DNA from: Diplonema japonicum
Lineage: Eukaryota > Protista > Euglenozoa: Diplonemea
DNA length: 64,000 nt
Direction: 5' to 3'
Assembly (NCBI GenBank): GCA_964019335.1
Contig: OZ025664.1
Span: 434,001-498,000 of the forward strand
Part shown: piece after piece, positions 9,353 to 19,046 of the stretch
How positions within the stretch are numbered: the stretch's first letter is position 1
Layout: each line of letters opens with the position of its first letter
Notes under the pieces: model-generated
The model's database searches: none
Told to the model about the DNA's origin: nothing
The model's input: the letters and a program-made list of their open reading frames with translations, nothing else
Position numbers and translations under genes: made by a program

Positions 9353-10807
9353 AGCATGAGAACAAGGGGGCGTCTCACAAAGACTTCCTTTAACTCATAT
9401 ATATATTTTTTTTTTTTCTCTTTTTTTTTGCACATTTACCGGCATGAGAAAAGTAAAAGAAAAATAAGATAATTCTTTTCTTTATTTCTTTTTCATTTTT
9501 TTCTTCTCATAAATATAAGAAGAAGAAGGTAATATGTTTTTTTATTTTAAAAAAAAAGGAAGAGAGAGGCGGGCTAAGTGGAGGATATTTTAAAACAGTG
9601 GGAGAAGAAGCAAGGAGGGGGGAATGAAAATATTAGCACAAAAGGTTTCAAATTATATAAAACCGGAAAAGAAAAAACAAAGGGGGTTGGGGGAGGAAGC
9701 AGGGAGTGAGCTTTTGCAGCTCGGGAATGAATTGTTTTTAAAAAAAGGAGTTTTCTCTTTTTTTTTCTCTCTCTTCTCCCTCGTTCCTTACTTCTCTTCT
9801 GTTCCTCCCCCCCCCCTCTTTTTTTCCGTGTTTTTTCTTCACAATAATTTACCCCTTTTGTTTCCCCCTTTTTCTTCTTTTCTTATCGATTCTTTTAACA
9901 AATCCACCTCTCCCCGTCTTGCATTAAGGAAAGAACAATTCGCATTATTTTTTTTTCCTGCTTATTTCCATCTTTATTAAGTTGCTTTTACTATATTACC
10001 TTCCTCTCGCACCTACCCCCCCCTTTTTTTTGGTCTTCTTCTACCTCCCTTTCTACACTAAACCCTTTTTTATTAAAAAAGGGTTTAAAAAAAAAAGAAA
10101 TATTTTTGTAACACCCTTTCCTCCCCCGTTCCTTGAAGAAAAAAGAGAATTATTTCTAAAAACCAGGGAGCAATGCAGCCAAAATGTCCTTGCTGACTCG
10201 GGCCTCCTCTCTTTGATTTTCCTTTTCTTTTCTTCACCCCCCCACCCCCTCATTTTCCTCTCTTTTAACTTTTACACCCTGCCTTTTTCTTTTTTTTCCC
10301 TCCTTCATGCTCTATTATTTACGCCTCATATCTCTAAAGCCGAGGACAGAAAATTGCCGTTTTTTTGTTGTTTTTCCAAGGGTTCCAGTGTACACAAGGG
10401 GAAAAAAAAAAGAAAAAAAAGAAGAAGAAAGAAGAAGACGATCTTCTTCTTCAAGGGAAAAGTGCCCGCTGCACACATTGCTGCAAAATGGGACCCTCGC
10501 CCAGAGCGACCACAAAAATCTTTGGCGGGCCGTTGCTAACCACTTCGTTCCTATCATCAGGCCCCCCGGTAAGGTGGGGATAGACCGGCGATCGCCTGTC
10601 TAAGCAATTCTTTTTGAAAACGTCGCCGGACTACGTAGATCGGCGAATTTCTAGTACCTGCGGTAGGCCATAAGGGGGCAGGGGTTGCCCCCTTTTGTGA
10701 GGAATTTTTCTCTTTTTATTAATCACGGGGTGTGTGGTTTTAGTCCGCATTGGATTGCCTGCACCCACTGAATAATAAACTGCAGACGAGTTCCCTCCAT
10801 CGGTTCT

Positions 10808-11528
10808 GTGAACGTGTTGCTTGATGGAGCAATCATGAAGCTCGCTGAATCGGCAGCTCATGTTGAGAACCCCCCATGGACGAACTTTTGCGTGTCCCAC
10901 GGAGTCCAACTCAGTTCCACGGCATCCAGTCTGTACCACGAAAAGGTACACAAACCGTACTTCAGCTCTGATGGGCAACGTGGAGCAGTGGTTAGCGCCG
11001 CAGCCGGAGTTGCAAGCTGCCGGTTTATTCGATCTTGATCATAAATCTAAGACCCGAAATCGAAACAGCTAAGCAGTTGGTCGAGCCGTTGCTTCACCAC
11101 TTAAGCAATCAGTTCTCCATAGAACTTGGCAAAGAGGCAAAAGGATAAAGTGTGGAAGAGGGTGCAGCGGCTGAAGTCAGATAACTGGGTTAAGGCCGTG
11201 CGAGAAGACATCAGTCTAGTGGTGACTGAGCTTGTCAAGCTCAAGACAAGTTCTTCTCCCATCAACCACGACACCATCAGGGAGACTCTATCGATAGAGT
11301 TCTTCTTGCTGCTATCCGCAATTCCCTACATGCTCTACAGCAGCGGTCGAACGCAGTTTCAGCGAGCTGCGCCTCGTGTTCACAAGGCTCAGGACATCAA
11401 TTAAACCTGAGAAACTGAACTGTCTATTGGTGATAAGCACGGAGGGGGCAGATGTTCCGAGTGAAGACTTCATCAGTTGCGTCATAAGACGGTTTCATGA
11501 TATGCCGACGGCATGTGAACCTTACTGA
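10808..11528 (+). pseudogene. Decayed hAT-superfamily transposase, C-terminal half with dimerisation domain (second copy 21918-22638)
   Basis: Frame 11322-11528 reads FPTCSTAAVERSFSELRLVFTRLRTSIKPEKLNCLLVISTEG, matching the hAT C-terminal dimerisation motif (P-x-S-x-A-x-x-ERSFS...R-x-S...L). Frameshifted upstream pieces: YHEKVHKPY/ALMGNVEQWL...GLFD and LLLSAIP. Confidence 0.85.
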
Positions 11529-12101
11529 GGCTGAGTTTTTGGAGGGGTTGCACAAATGTTCAGGGAGAAAAAAAAGTGTTCACAGTGGCCGAGAGGCCCA
11601 ATTAACGTTCACCCCTATTTTTATTTTTTTTTTGAAAAAAAGGGTCAAAAAATCTGCTAAAAAGCACCGCAGGTCTATCGAAAAAAACCCATTTTGAACC
11701 GGGGGCCCTGTATCATAGTGAATCTTTTTTTTTTTTCGAAAAGTCGAAAACGAAACTACATCGCTCCTTTGCCTCGCTCAGAGTGTTTAACTTTTCTAAA
11801 GTTTTTTCTCAGCCACCCTTGCAAGGTTTCTCAAGATATTTCACAAATTCCCTCTAGCGCCCTTAGCCATTGGGACTTGAACAAGTACGAGAGAGCCTGT
11901 GGCATAGCACGCACTACCAATCTTTTCTGGTGAAAATGGCGAACATAAATCTGGGAGAAAAACTTTCTGACGAACATTACCCCCTGTCACTTTTTAACGG
12001 AAAATTATTTTGCTTACAACTAGCCACAAAAAAAAAAAAAAAAAAAAAAAAAAACACAGTTTGTACCCTTTACACAACACATAAGAGTTCCCAACCTACC
12101 T

Positions 12102-15100
12102 ATGAATGCGGTAAAGATAGCAGCGGTGCTGCTGTTGGCGACGGCAACGAGGGGACAGCAGACCTGTTCAAACTTCGGGGATGAGGAGTCGTGTGTGAAC
12201 TGGAAGTGCGACACGGGTGTGTGCCAGTGGGAGGCGACTTTGAGGAGGTGCGGGTGCCCAACGGGGTGCTCTGTGTTCCTGAACCCGGACACCTGCAAGG
12301 GGAACCGCTGCCCTGGGACGCAGGACCCTTGTGATTGGAACAGCAACAATGACAAATGTGAGTGCTCCAGCAGGCCCTGCTCCAGCTTCACTGACGAGAA
12401 AATCTGCCGGACAATGCAATGCCCTGGTAAGCCGAACACTCTTTGCGTGTTTGAGAACGACAAGTGCGACTGTCCTCCTGAAACATGTAAAGACCTACAA
12501 GATGAGAAATCGTGTATGAACTTCGTCTGCCCTGACAACAAAATGCAGTGCAAGTGGAATACTCCCGCTCGTGCAAGGCATTTCTGTGATTGTCCTCCTG
12601 CTGAGACGGAGGCACCCGCCCCCAGGAACTGCTTGGACCTGCGCGACGAGAAGTCTTGTGAGAGCTTCATCTGCCCCGACAACAACATGAACTGCAAGTG
12701 GATGACCTCTTCAGCCGGGAAGCAGTTCTGCGACTGTCCTCCTCGTGAGACGAAGGCACCTGAGACGAAGGCACCCGCTCCAAGGAATTGTAAAGACTTG
12801 AGGGATGAGAGGTCTTGTGAAAACTTCATCTGCCCCGACAACAAGCTGAATTGCAAGTGGATGACTTCACCCATTGGACAGTATTGCGACTGTCCTCCTC
12901 ATGAGACAGAGGCACCTGAGACGAAGGCACCTGAGACCAAGGCACCTAGGACGAAGGCACCTGAGACGAAGGCACCTGAGACCAAGGCACCTAGGACGAA
13001 GGCACCTGAGACGAAGGCACCTAGGACGAAGGCACCTGAGACCAAGGCACCTGAGACGAAGGCACCCGCTCCAAGGAATTGTAAAGACCTGAGGGATGAG
13101 AGGTCTTGTGAAAACTTCATCTGCCCAGACAACAACATGAACTGCAAGTGGATGACTTCTTCAGCCGGGAAGCAGTTCTGCGACTGTCCTCCTCGTGAGA
13201 CAAAGGCACCTGAGACGAAGACACCTGCTCCCGAGAACTGTGAGGACCTGAGGGATGAGAGGTCTTGTGAAAACTTCATCTGCCCAGACAACAAGAGAAA
13301 CTGCAAATGGAATACCCCAGCTGGTGCAAAACATTTCTGTAATTGTCCTCGTGAAACTGAGGTGCCCGCCCCCAAGAACTGTGAGGACCTGCGTGACCAC
13401 AAGGCCTGTGTGAACTTCGTCTGTCCTGACAACAACCTGAACTGCAGGTGGATGACCTCACCCAAGGGACAGTACTGCGACTGCCCTCCCGTCGAGACGG
13501 AGGCACCTGCACCCGAAAGATGCGAGGACCTGCGTGACCACAAGGCCTGTGTGAACTTCGTCTGTCCCGACAACAAGCTGAACTGCAAGTGGATCGAGAA
13601 CTCTTCAACTGGTAAGCAGTTCTGCGACTGCCCCCAACGTGAGACGAAGGCACCTGAGACGAAGACACCTGCTCCCGAGAATTGCGAGGACTTGAGGGAT
13701 GAGAGGTCTTGTGAAAACTTCATCTGCCCCGACAACAAGTTGAACTGCAAGTGGATGACTTCACCCAATGGACAGTATTGCGACTGTCCTCCTCGTGAAA
13801 CAGAGGCACCTGAGACGAAGGTACCCGCCCCCAAGAACTGTGAGGACTTGAGGGATGAGAGGTCTTGTGAAAGATTTATGTGTCCTGACAACAACATGAA
13901 CTGCAAGTGGATGACTTCTTCAGCCGGGAAGCAGTTCTGCGACTGTCCTCCTCGTGAGACAAAGGCACCTGAGACGAAGACACCTGCTCCCGAGAACTGT
14001 GAGGACCTGAGGGATGAGAGGTCTTGTGAAAACTTCATCTGCCCAGACAACAAGAGGAACTGCAAATGGAATACCCCAGCTGGTGCAAAACATTTCTGTA
14101 ATTGTCCTCGTGAAACTGAGGTGCCCGCCCCCAAGAACTGTGAGGACCTGCGCGACCACAAGGCCTGTGTGAACTTCGTCTGTCCTGACAACAACCTGAA
14201 CTGCAGGTGGATGACCTCACCCAAGGGACAGTACTGCGACTGCCCTCCCGTCGAGACGGAGGTGCCCGCACCCGAAAGATGCGAGGACCTGCGTGACCAC
14301 AAGGCCTGTGTGAACTTCGTCTGTCCCGACAACAACCTGAACTGCAGGTGGGTGACCTCTTCGGCCGGGAAACAGTATTGCGACTGTCCTCCTCGTGAGA
14401 CAAAGGCACCTGAGACGAAGGCACCCGCTCCAAGGAACTGTGAGGACCTGCGTGACCACAAAGCCTGTGTGAACTTCGTCTGTCCTGACAACAACCTGAA
14501 CTGCGAATGGATGACCTCTTCGGCCGGGAAACAGTACTGCGACTGCCCGCGTCGCGAAACGGAAGCCCCTCCCGCGCTGTCCTGCGGTGAGCACGAGTCC
14601 CCGGATGACTGCATGTCGCACTGGTGCGTTGACGAGAAGAAGAAGAGGTGTGAATGGGTGAGGTCGAAGGAAACGGGGAAGGAGTACTGCGACTGCCCTC
14701 CGGATGTGACGCCGGTGCCCGCTCCCGAGGTCTGCGAGGATGTGGACACCGAGAGGGAGTGCGTGAACTTTTTGTGCCCGCGGAACAAGCAGAGGTGCCA
14801 GTGGACGTCGACCCCAGTTGCTGGTGGGGGGAAGGGAAGCTGCAAGTGTCCACCGGAAACCTGTGCGGACCTCCCGAAAGAGCAGTGCAGAGAGCAGGCG
14901 TGCCCGAACTTCCCCGCGATGAAGTGCGACTGGGTGGAGGACGCGGCCGGTTCGAGGTGCGAGTGCCCCCCTCCTGACAGCTGCGCCGTGTTCACGGAGA
15001 CCTGCGAGCAGCAACCCTGTCCCGAGAACCCCTCTCAGATGTGCTTTCGGAACCAGGTGGGGGTGTGCGACTGTCCGAAGGTGGCGCGTCCCTGCAAGGA

Positions 15101-18100
15101 CTTCGACAGGGAGCAGTGCCAGAAGCAGAAGTGTGCGACGGCCCCCGATGTGGACTGTGCTTGGGCGGAGGACTTGGAGGAGTGCACGTGCCCGGAGGCG
15201 AAGGCTTGCTCGGAACACGGCCCTGCGAGGTGCCCTCGCGAGTCGTGCCCCGAGGACAGTACGAGGCGTTGCTTCTGGGACAAGCACACGGAGGCCTGCG
15301 ACTGTCTCCCCCCGAAGGACCCCTGCAACTTGGTGGCGGACAAGGAGAAGTGTGTGAAGACGGAGTGCCCCGACAAGAAGGCGCTCTCGATGATGCTGAC
15401 GGGTAGCGAGGCGACGCCCACGACCACCCTGTGCGAGTGGGACGACCGGACGAAGCACTGCAGCTGTGGGTCGTCGTCGTCGTCGTCGTGCAGGAGCCTG
15501 CAGAGACCCGAGGACTGCAACGGGAAGAAGTGCCCGGACAACGCGGACAGTTTGTGCTACTGGGACTCCTCGAGGGACCTGTGCGACTGTTTGGAGAAGG
15601 AGACCTGCAGGGACAAGACGAGGGAGAAGTGCAGCGGGGAGTGTCCCGAGAACCCCGCGAACACGTGCAGGTGGAACAGGGCTCTGGACACGTGCGAGTG
15701 CGTGGCGAAGCAGAACAGCTGCCGCGACATCCGGGTGAGGAAGGACTGCTACGGGGAGTGCAAGGTGAACGGGCAGGACAGCAAGTGCTACTGGGACGGG
15801 TTGACGTCGACCTGTGACTGCTACACCCCGCACGTCGGATCCTGCGGAGACTACACGTCGCCCAGCCTGTGCACGGGGCAGTGCCCCGAGAACAAGGACG
15901 AGGCCTGCTCCTGGAACAGGTTCACCGACCGGTGCGAGTGCGGTCGGGAAGGCTGCAAGCGCTACCCGACCAGCGTGTGCGAGAAGATGCCGTGCCCGGA
16001 CTACCCGAACATGAGGTGCGAGGTGGACCGCCTCACAGGGACGTGCGACTGCCCGAGGCAGCAGAAGACCTGTCGGGATCTGAGCATGACCTCGTGCTAC
16101 GGGAGGTGCCCGGAGAAGCCGGAGCTGGAATGCAGGTGGGACAAGGCGGAGCAGGTGTGCGGGTGCCACGACCCGACCCCGGCACCCACGCCCGCCCCCA
16201 CCTCGGAGAAGAGGTGTTCCGACATCAAGGAGCAGGAGAGGTGCCTCGGGAGGTGTCCGAACAACTGGGCCGGGTGGTGTGCGTGGGACGAGAAGGCGAA
16301 GAGGTGCGGGTGCGAGTCTGGTGGGGTGGAGCGCTGCAGCGACATCGCTGTGAGGGAGCTGTGCGTCGGGACTTGTCCGGAGAACCCGCGCTCTGTGTGT
16401 CGGTGGAAGAAGGAGGATCACGGGATGGGGGGCTGTCGGTGCGCTGATGCTGCAACCCCGTCGCCCACCCCGGCTCCGACCTGGCCTGTCGAGAAGTGCT
16501 CGCACATCACCTCGATGGAGAACTGCAAGGGGGTGTGTCCCGAGGACAAGAGCAGCATCTGCGTCTGGAAGGAGGAGAAGTGCGGGTGCTTCAACGGGGG
16601 ATTGAAGAAGTGCGAGCAGATCCTGGACCGAGATTTGTGTTTCGGGACGTGTCCGGAGGACCACATGAGCACCTGCAAGTGGAACCTGGAGGGAAACTGG
16701 TGCGGGTGCGCCCCCGTGGTCCACAAGTGCAGCGAGCACAGCTCTCCGTCGACGTGCAGGGGGAGGTGTCCCGAGAACCCGGACAGCCTGTGCATCTGGA
16801 ACCGGAGGCGCGACTCGTGCGAGTGCATGGTGGACACGCTTCGGACGTGCAAGGAGCTCCCTAAGAGGTCGTGCCTGGGGGTGTGCCCGGAGAACGGAAG
16901 CGGGAGGTGCACCTGGAACGAGGACATCGGGGTGTGCGGGTGTCGAGAGGAAGCGAAGAGGTGTGCGGACTACGGGTCGGCGAGCGAGTGTGTGGGGATG
17001 TGCCCGGAGAACAGGGACCGACAGTGCTACTGGGACGATTCGAGGGCGACCTGCGACTGCGCGGACCCGAACCCGAAGTCGTGCAGGGCGATCTCAAGCC
17101 CGAAGCTCTGCAACGGGGTGTGCCCCGAGGACCACACCTCGAGGTGCGGGTGGACCGATTCCCACGGCTGCGACTGCAGGGGAGCGGAATCCTGCGAGCA
17201 GCTCTCCCTTGAGCAGTGCAACGGACAGGAGTGCCCGACCGACCCGAAGAACGCTTGTCTCTGGAACTCCCGGCACCGAAGGTGCTCCTGCCAGTCTCCG
17301 GACCCCTGCCGCTACCGCCCGTACGAGACCTGCTCCGGTCGCTGTCCGGAGGACCCGACGATGTCCTGTGCTTGGAACCACGCCTCCTCCACCTGCGGCT
17401 GCGGTGGACCAGGGAGGACCTGCAGGGCGCTTCCACGAGAGCGGTGTGGCGGGTTGTGCCCCGAGGACCCGACCGCAAACTCCAGGTGCTTCTGGAACCA
17501 CCGCCTGAACAGCTGCGACTGCGGAGACAGACACCCCCCCAGAAGCTGCAGCGACTTCAGCAACACCCACAAGGACCTCTGTGAACAGCAGAGGTGTCCT
17601 TACGACATAGCGTCAACCCTTGTGGCGGCGACTCCTGCGTGGCAGCTGCAAGGAAGGAGGTGCGAGTGGGACGCGAGGGACAACACCTGCGGCTGCCCAG
17701 TGGGCAACAAGGCCTGCAAGTGGCGTTCGCAGAGGGAGTGCAGGGGAACGTGTCCGGAAGACGACAGCAAAGACTGCGTTTGGAGGGAATTGGGTGTGGT
17801 TGGAGTGGACGACCAGCAGCTGGTGGCGAGCAGCATCGCGATACACAGCAGGGGAAGGTGTGACTGTGCAGAAAGGCAGGAACCGAAAGAGTGCAGGTAC
17901 TGGAGCAAGGACGTGTGCCGCCGTATGCAGTGCCCCGACGACCACCAACAGAACTGCGTGTGGAGCGACCGCTCGGGTTCGTGCGAGTGCCCCAAGGCTG
18001 TGCGCTATTGTAAGGACCACCTTACTTACGAGACGTGCACGGGTCCGTGTCCCGAGGGGGGGAACTCGAAGTGCTATTGGAACCGTGCGGCCGGTCACTG

Positions 18101-19046
18101 CGACTGCTACCAACCCGTGGAGGCGTGCAGCCACTACAACCAGCTGGAGTGCGGGCGGAGGCAGTGTCCCGAGGAGCCGACGAAGCGCTGCAGGTGGAGC
18201 AGCGTGAGGGACGCGTGTGAGTGCCCGCGAGATCAGCCACCGAGGTCGTGTGCAGTGTTCAACAGCAGCCCGCGCCTCTGCGAGGCTTCGCGGTGCCCCG
18301 AGGACATGACGAAGAACTGCCGCTGGAACGGAAGGAGCTGCGGGTGCGACGACAAGCCGCCCTCCTCGTGCGGGGAGATCGGGGACGCGAGGACGTGCGT
18401 GACGAGCAGGTGCCCCGAAAACAAGGAGATGAAGTGCGAGTGGAGCGGGACCCTGCAGACCTGCCACTGCCCCCCAACAACGCAGAGGAACTGCTCCATG
18501 TTCACGACCCCCGGGGTGTGCGTGAGGCAGACCTGTCCCGACGAGAAGGGGAAGCAGTGCATGTGGACGGGCAAGGGGTGCGAGTGCGACAAGCGCGTGA
18601 AGAGCTGCAGGGAACACAGGACGGAGGAGGACTGCTGCGGGACGTGTCCGGAGGACAACGAGAAGAAGTGCAAGTGGGACAAGAGGAGGAATGAATGCGG
18701 GTGTGTGGAAGGGGAGGTCCCGCCGCCGCCTCCACCGAAGAAGTGCTGTGAGGCGAAGGAGGAGCCCGGGAAGTATGGGAACCCGTTTTGCTTCGAGGGA
18801 CACCGGTGCTGCGCGAACACGGGGAAGTGGGTGTGCGGGAATGGCTCGGGTGTGGTGGACTGCGGGAACGGGAACGCGGACTACGGAGAGGCTTGCCCCT
18901 GCAGGGACGGGGAGTGCAGGGACTGCAAGGGGACCTGCGTGATAGGGGCAGAGGTCCTCTGCTTCGCCAACCCGTGCACCTTCGCAAAGTGCCCTTCAAG
19001 ATGCCGAGCCAACTACTGCAACGGATGCAACGCCTGCTGCGAGTAA
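12102..19046 (+). CDS. Giant secreted cysteine-rich repeat protein, copy 2 (2,314 aa, starts MNAVKI)
   Basis: Identical to copy 1 from AVKIAA onward; the start codon comes from a different 5' flank. Confidence 0.88.
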   Translation: MNAVKIAAVLLLATATRGQQTCSNFGDEESCVNWKCDTGVCQWEATLRRCGCPTGCSVFLNPDTCKGNRCPGTQDPCDWNSNNDKCECSSRPCSSFTDEKICRTMQCPGKPNTLCVFENDKCDCPPETCKDLQDEKSCMNFVCPDNKMQCKWNTPARARHFCDCPPAETEAPAPRNCLDLRDEKSCESFICPDNNMNCKWMTSSAGKQFCDCPPRETKAPETKAPAPRNCKDLRDERSCENFICPDNKLNCKWMTSPIGQYCDCPPHETEAPETKAPETKAPRTKAPETKAPETKAPRTKAPETKAPRTKAPETKAPETKAPAPRNCKDLRDERSCENFICPDNNMNCKWMTSSAGKQFCDCPPRETKAPETKTPAPENCEDLRDERSCENFICPDNKRNCKWNTPAGAKHFCNCPRETEVPAPKNCEDLRDHKACVNFVCPDNNLNCRWMTSPKGQYCDCPPVETEAPAPERCEDLRDHKACVNFVCPDNKLNCKWIENSSTGKQFCDCPQRETKAPETKTPAPENCEDLRDERSCENFICPDNKLNCKWMTSPNGQYCDCPPRETEAPETKVPAPKNCEDLRDERSCERFMCPDNNMNCKWMTSSAGKQFCDCPPRETKAPETKTPAPENCEDLRDERSCENFICPDNKRNCKWNTPAGAKHFCNCPRETEVPAPKNCEDLRDHKACVNFVCPDNNLNCRWMTSPKGQYCDCPPVETEVPAPERCEDLRDHKACVNFVCPDNNLNCRWVTSSAGKQYCDCPPRETKAPETKAPAPRNCEDLRDHKACVNFVCPDNNLNCEWMTSSAGKQYCDCPRRETEAPPALSCGEHESPDDCMSHWCVDEKKKRCEWVRSKETGKEYCDCPPDVTPVPAPEVCEDVDTERECVNFLCPRNKQRCQWTSTPVAGGGKGSCKCPPETCADLPKEQCREQACPNFPAMKCDWVEDAAGSRCECPPPDSCAVFTETCEQQPCPENPSQMCFRNQVGVCDCPKVARPCKDFDREQCQKQKCATAPDVDCAWAEDLEECTCPEAKACSEHGPARCPRESCPEDSTRRCFWDKHTEACDCLPPKDPCNLVADKEKCVKTECPDKKALSMMLTGSEATPTTTLCEWDDRTKHCSCGSSSSSSCRSLQRPEDCNGKKCPDNADSLCYWDSSRDLCDCLEKETCRDKTREKCSGECPENPANTCRWNRALDTCECVAKQNSCRDIRVRKDCYGECKVNGQDSKCYWDGLTSTCDCYTPHVGSCGDYTSPSLCTGQCPENKDEACSWNRFTDRCECGREGCKRYPTSVCEKMPCPDYPNMRCEVDRLTGTCDCPRQQKTCRDLSMTSCYGRCPEKPELECRWDKAEQVCGCHDPTPAPTPAPTSEKRCSDIKEQERCLGRCPNNWAGWCAWDEKAKRCGCESGGVERCSDIAVRELCVGTCPENPRSVCRWKKEDHGMGGCRCADAATPSPTPAPTWPVEKCSHITSMENCKGVCPEDKSSICVWKEEKCGCFNGGLKKCEQILDRDLCFGTCPEDHMSTCKWNLEGNWCGCAPVVHKCSEHSSPSTCRGRCPENPDSLCIWNRRRDSCECMVDTLRTCKELPKRSCLGVCPENGSGRCTWNEDIGVCGCREEAKRCADYGSASECVGMCPENRDRQCYWDDSRATCDCADPNPKSCRAISSPKLCNGVCPEDHTSRCGWTDSHGCDCRGAESCEQLSLEQCNGQECPTDPKNACLWNSRHRRCSCQSPDPCRYRPYETCSGRCPEDPTMSCAWNHASSTCGCGGPGRTCRALPRERCGGLCPEDPTANSRCFWNHRLNSCDCGDRHPPRSCSDFSNTHKDLCEQQRCPYDIASTLVAATPAWQLQGRRCEWDARDNTCGCPVGNKACKWRSQRECRGTCPEDDSKDCVWRELGVVGVDDQQLVASSIAIHSRGRCDCAERQEPKECRYWSKDVCRRMQCPDDHQQNCVWSDRSGSCECPKAVRYCKDHLTYETCTGPCPEGGNSKCYWNRAAGHCDCYQPVEACSHYNQLECGRRQCPEEPTKRCRWSSVRDACECPRDQPPRSCAVFNSSPRLCEASRCPEDMTKNCRWNGRSCGCDDKPPSSCGEIGDARTCVTSRCPENKEMKCEWSGTLQTCHCPPTTQRNCSMFTTPGVCVRQTCPDEKGKQCMWTGKGCECDKRVKSCREHRTEEDCCGTCPEDNEKKCKWDKRRNECGCVEGEVPPPPPPKKCCEAKEEPGKYGNPFCFEGHRCCANTGKWVCGNGSGVVDCGNGNADYGEACPCRDGECRDCKGTCVIGAEVLCFANPCTFAKCPSRCRANYCNGCNACCE

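Noticed and set aside
9360-10460. Phe/Lys-rich ORFs here and in other intergenic regions (e.g. 30156-30918, 50044-50900, 55710-56600), and poly-K/F N-terminal extensions of track ORFs
   Set aside because: Translations of poly-A/poly-T tracts, not protein-like; true starts are placed at the ATG after the tract.
10440-12107. hAT terminal inverted repeats and 8-bp TSD
   Set aside because: Only weak AAGGG/CCCTT matches found by eye; boundaries not supportable.
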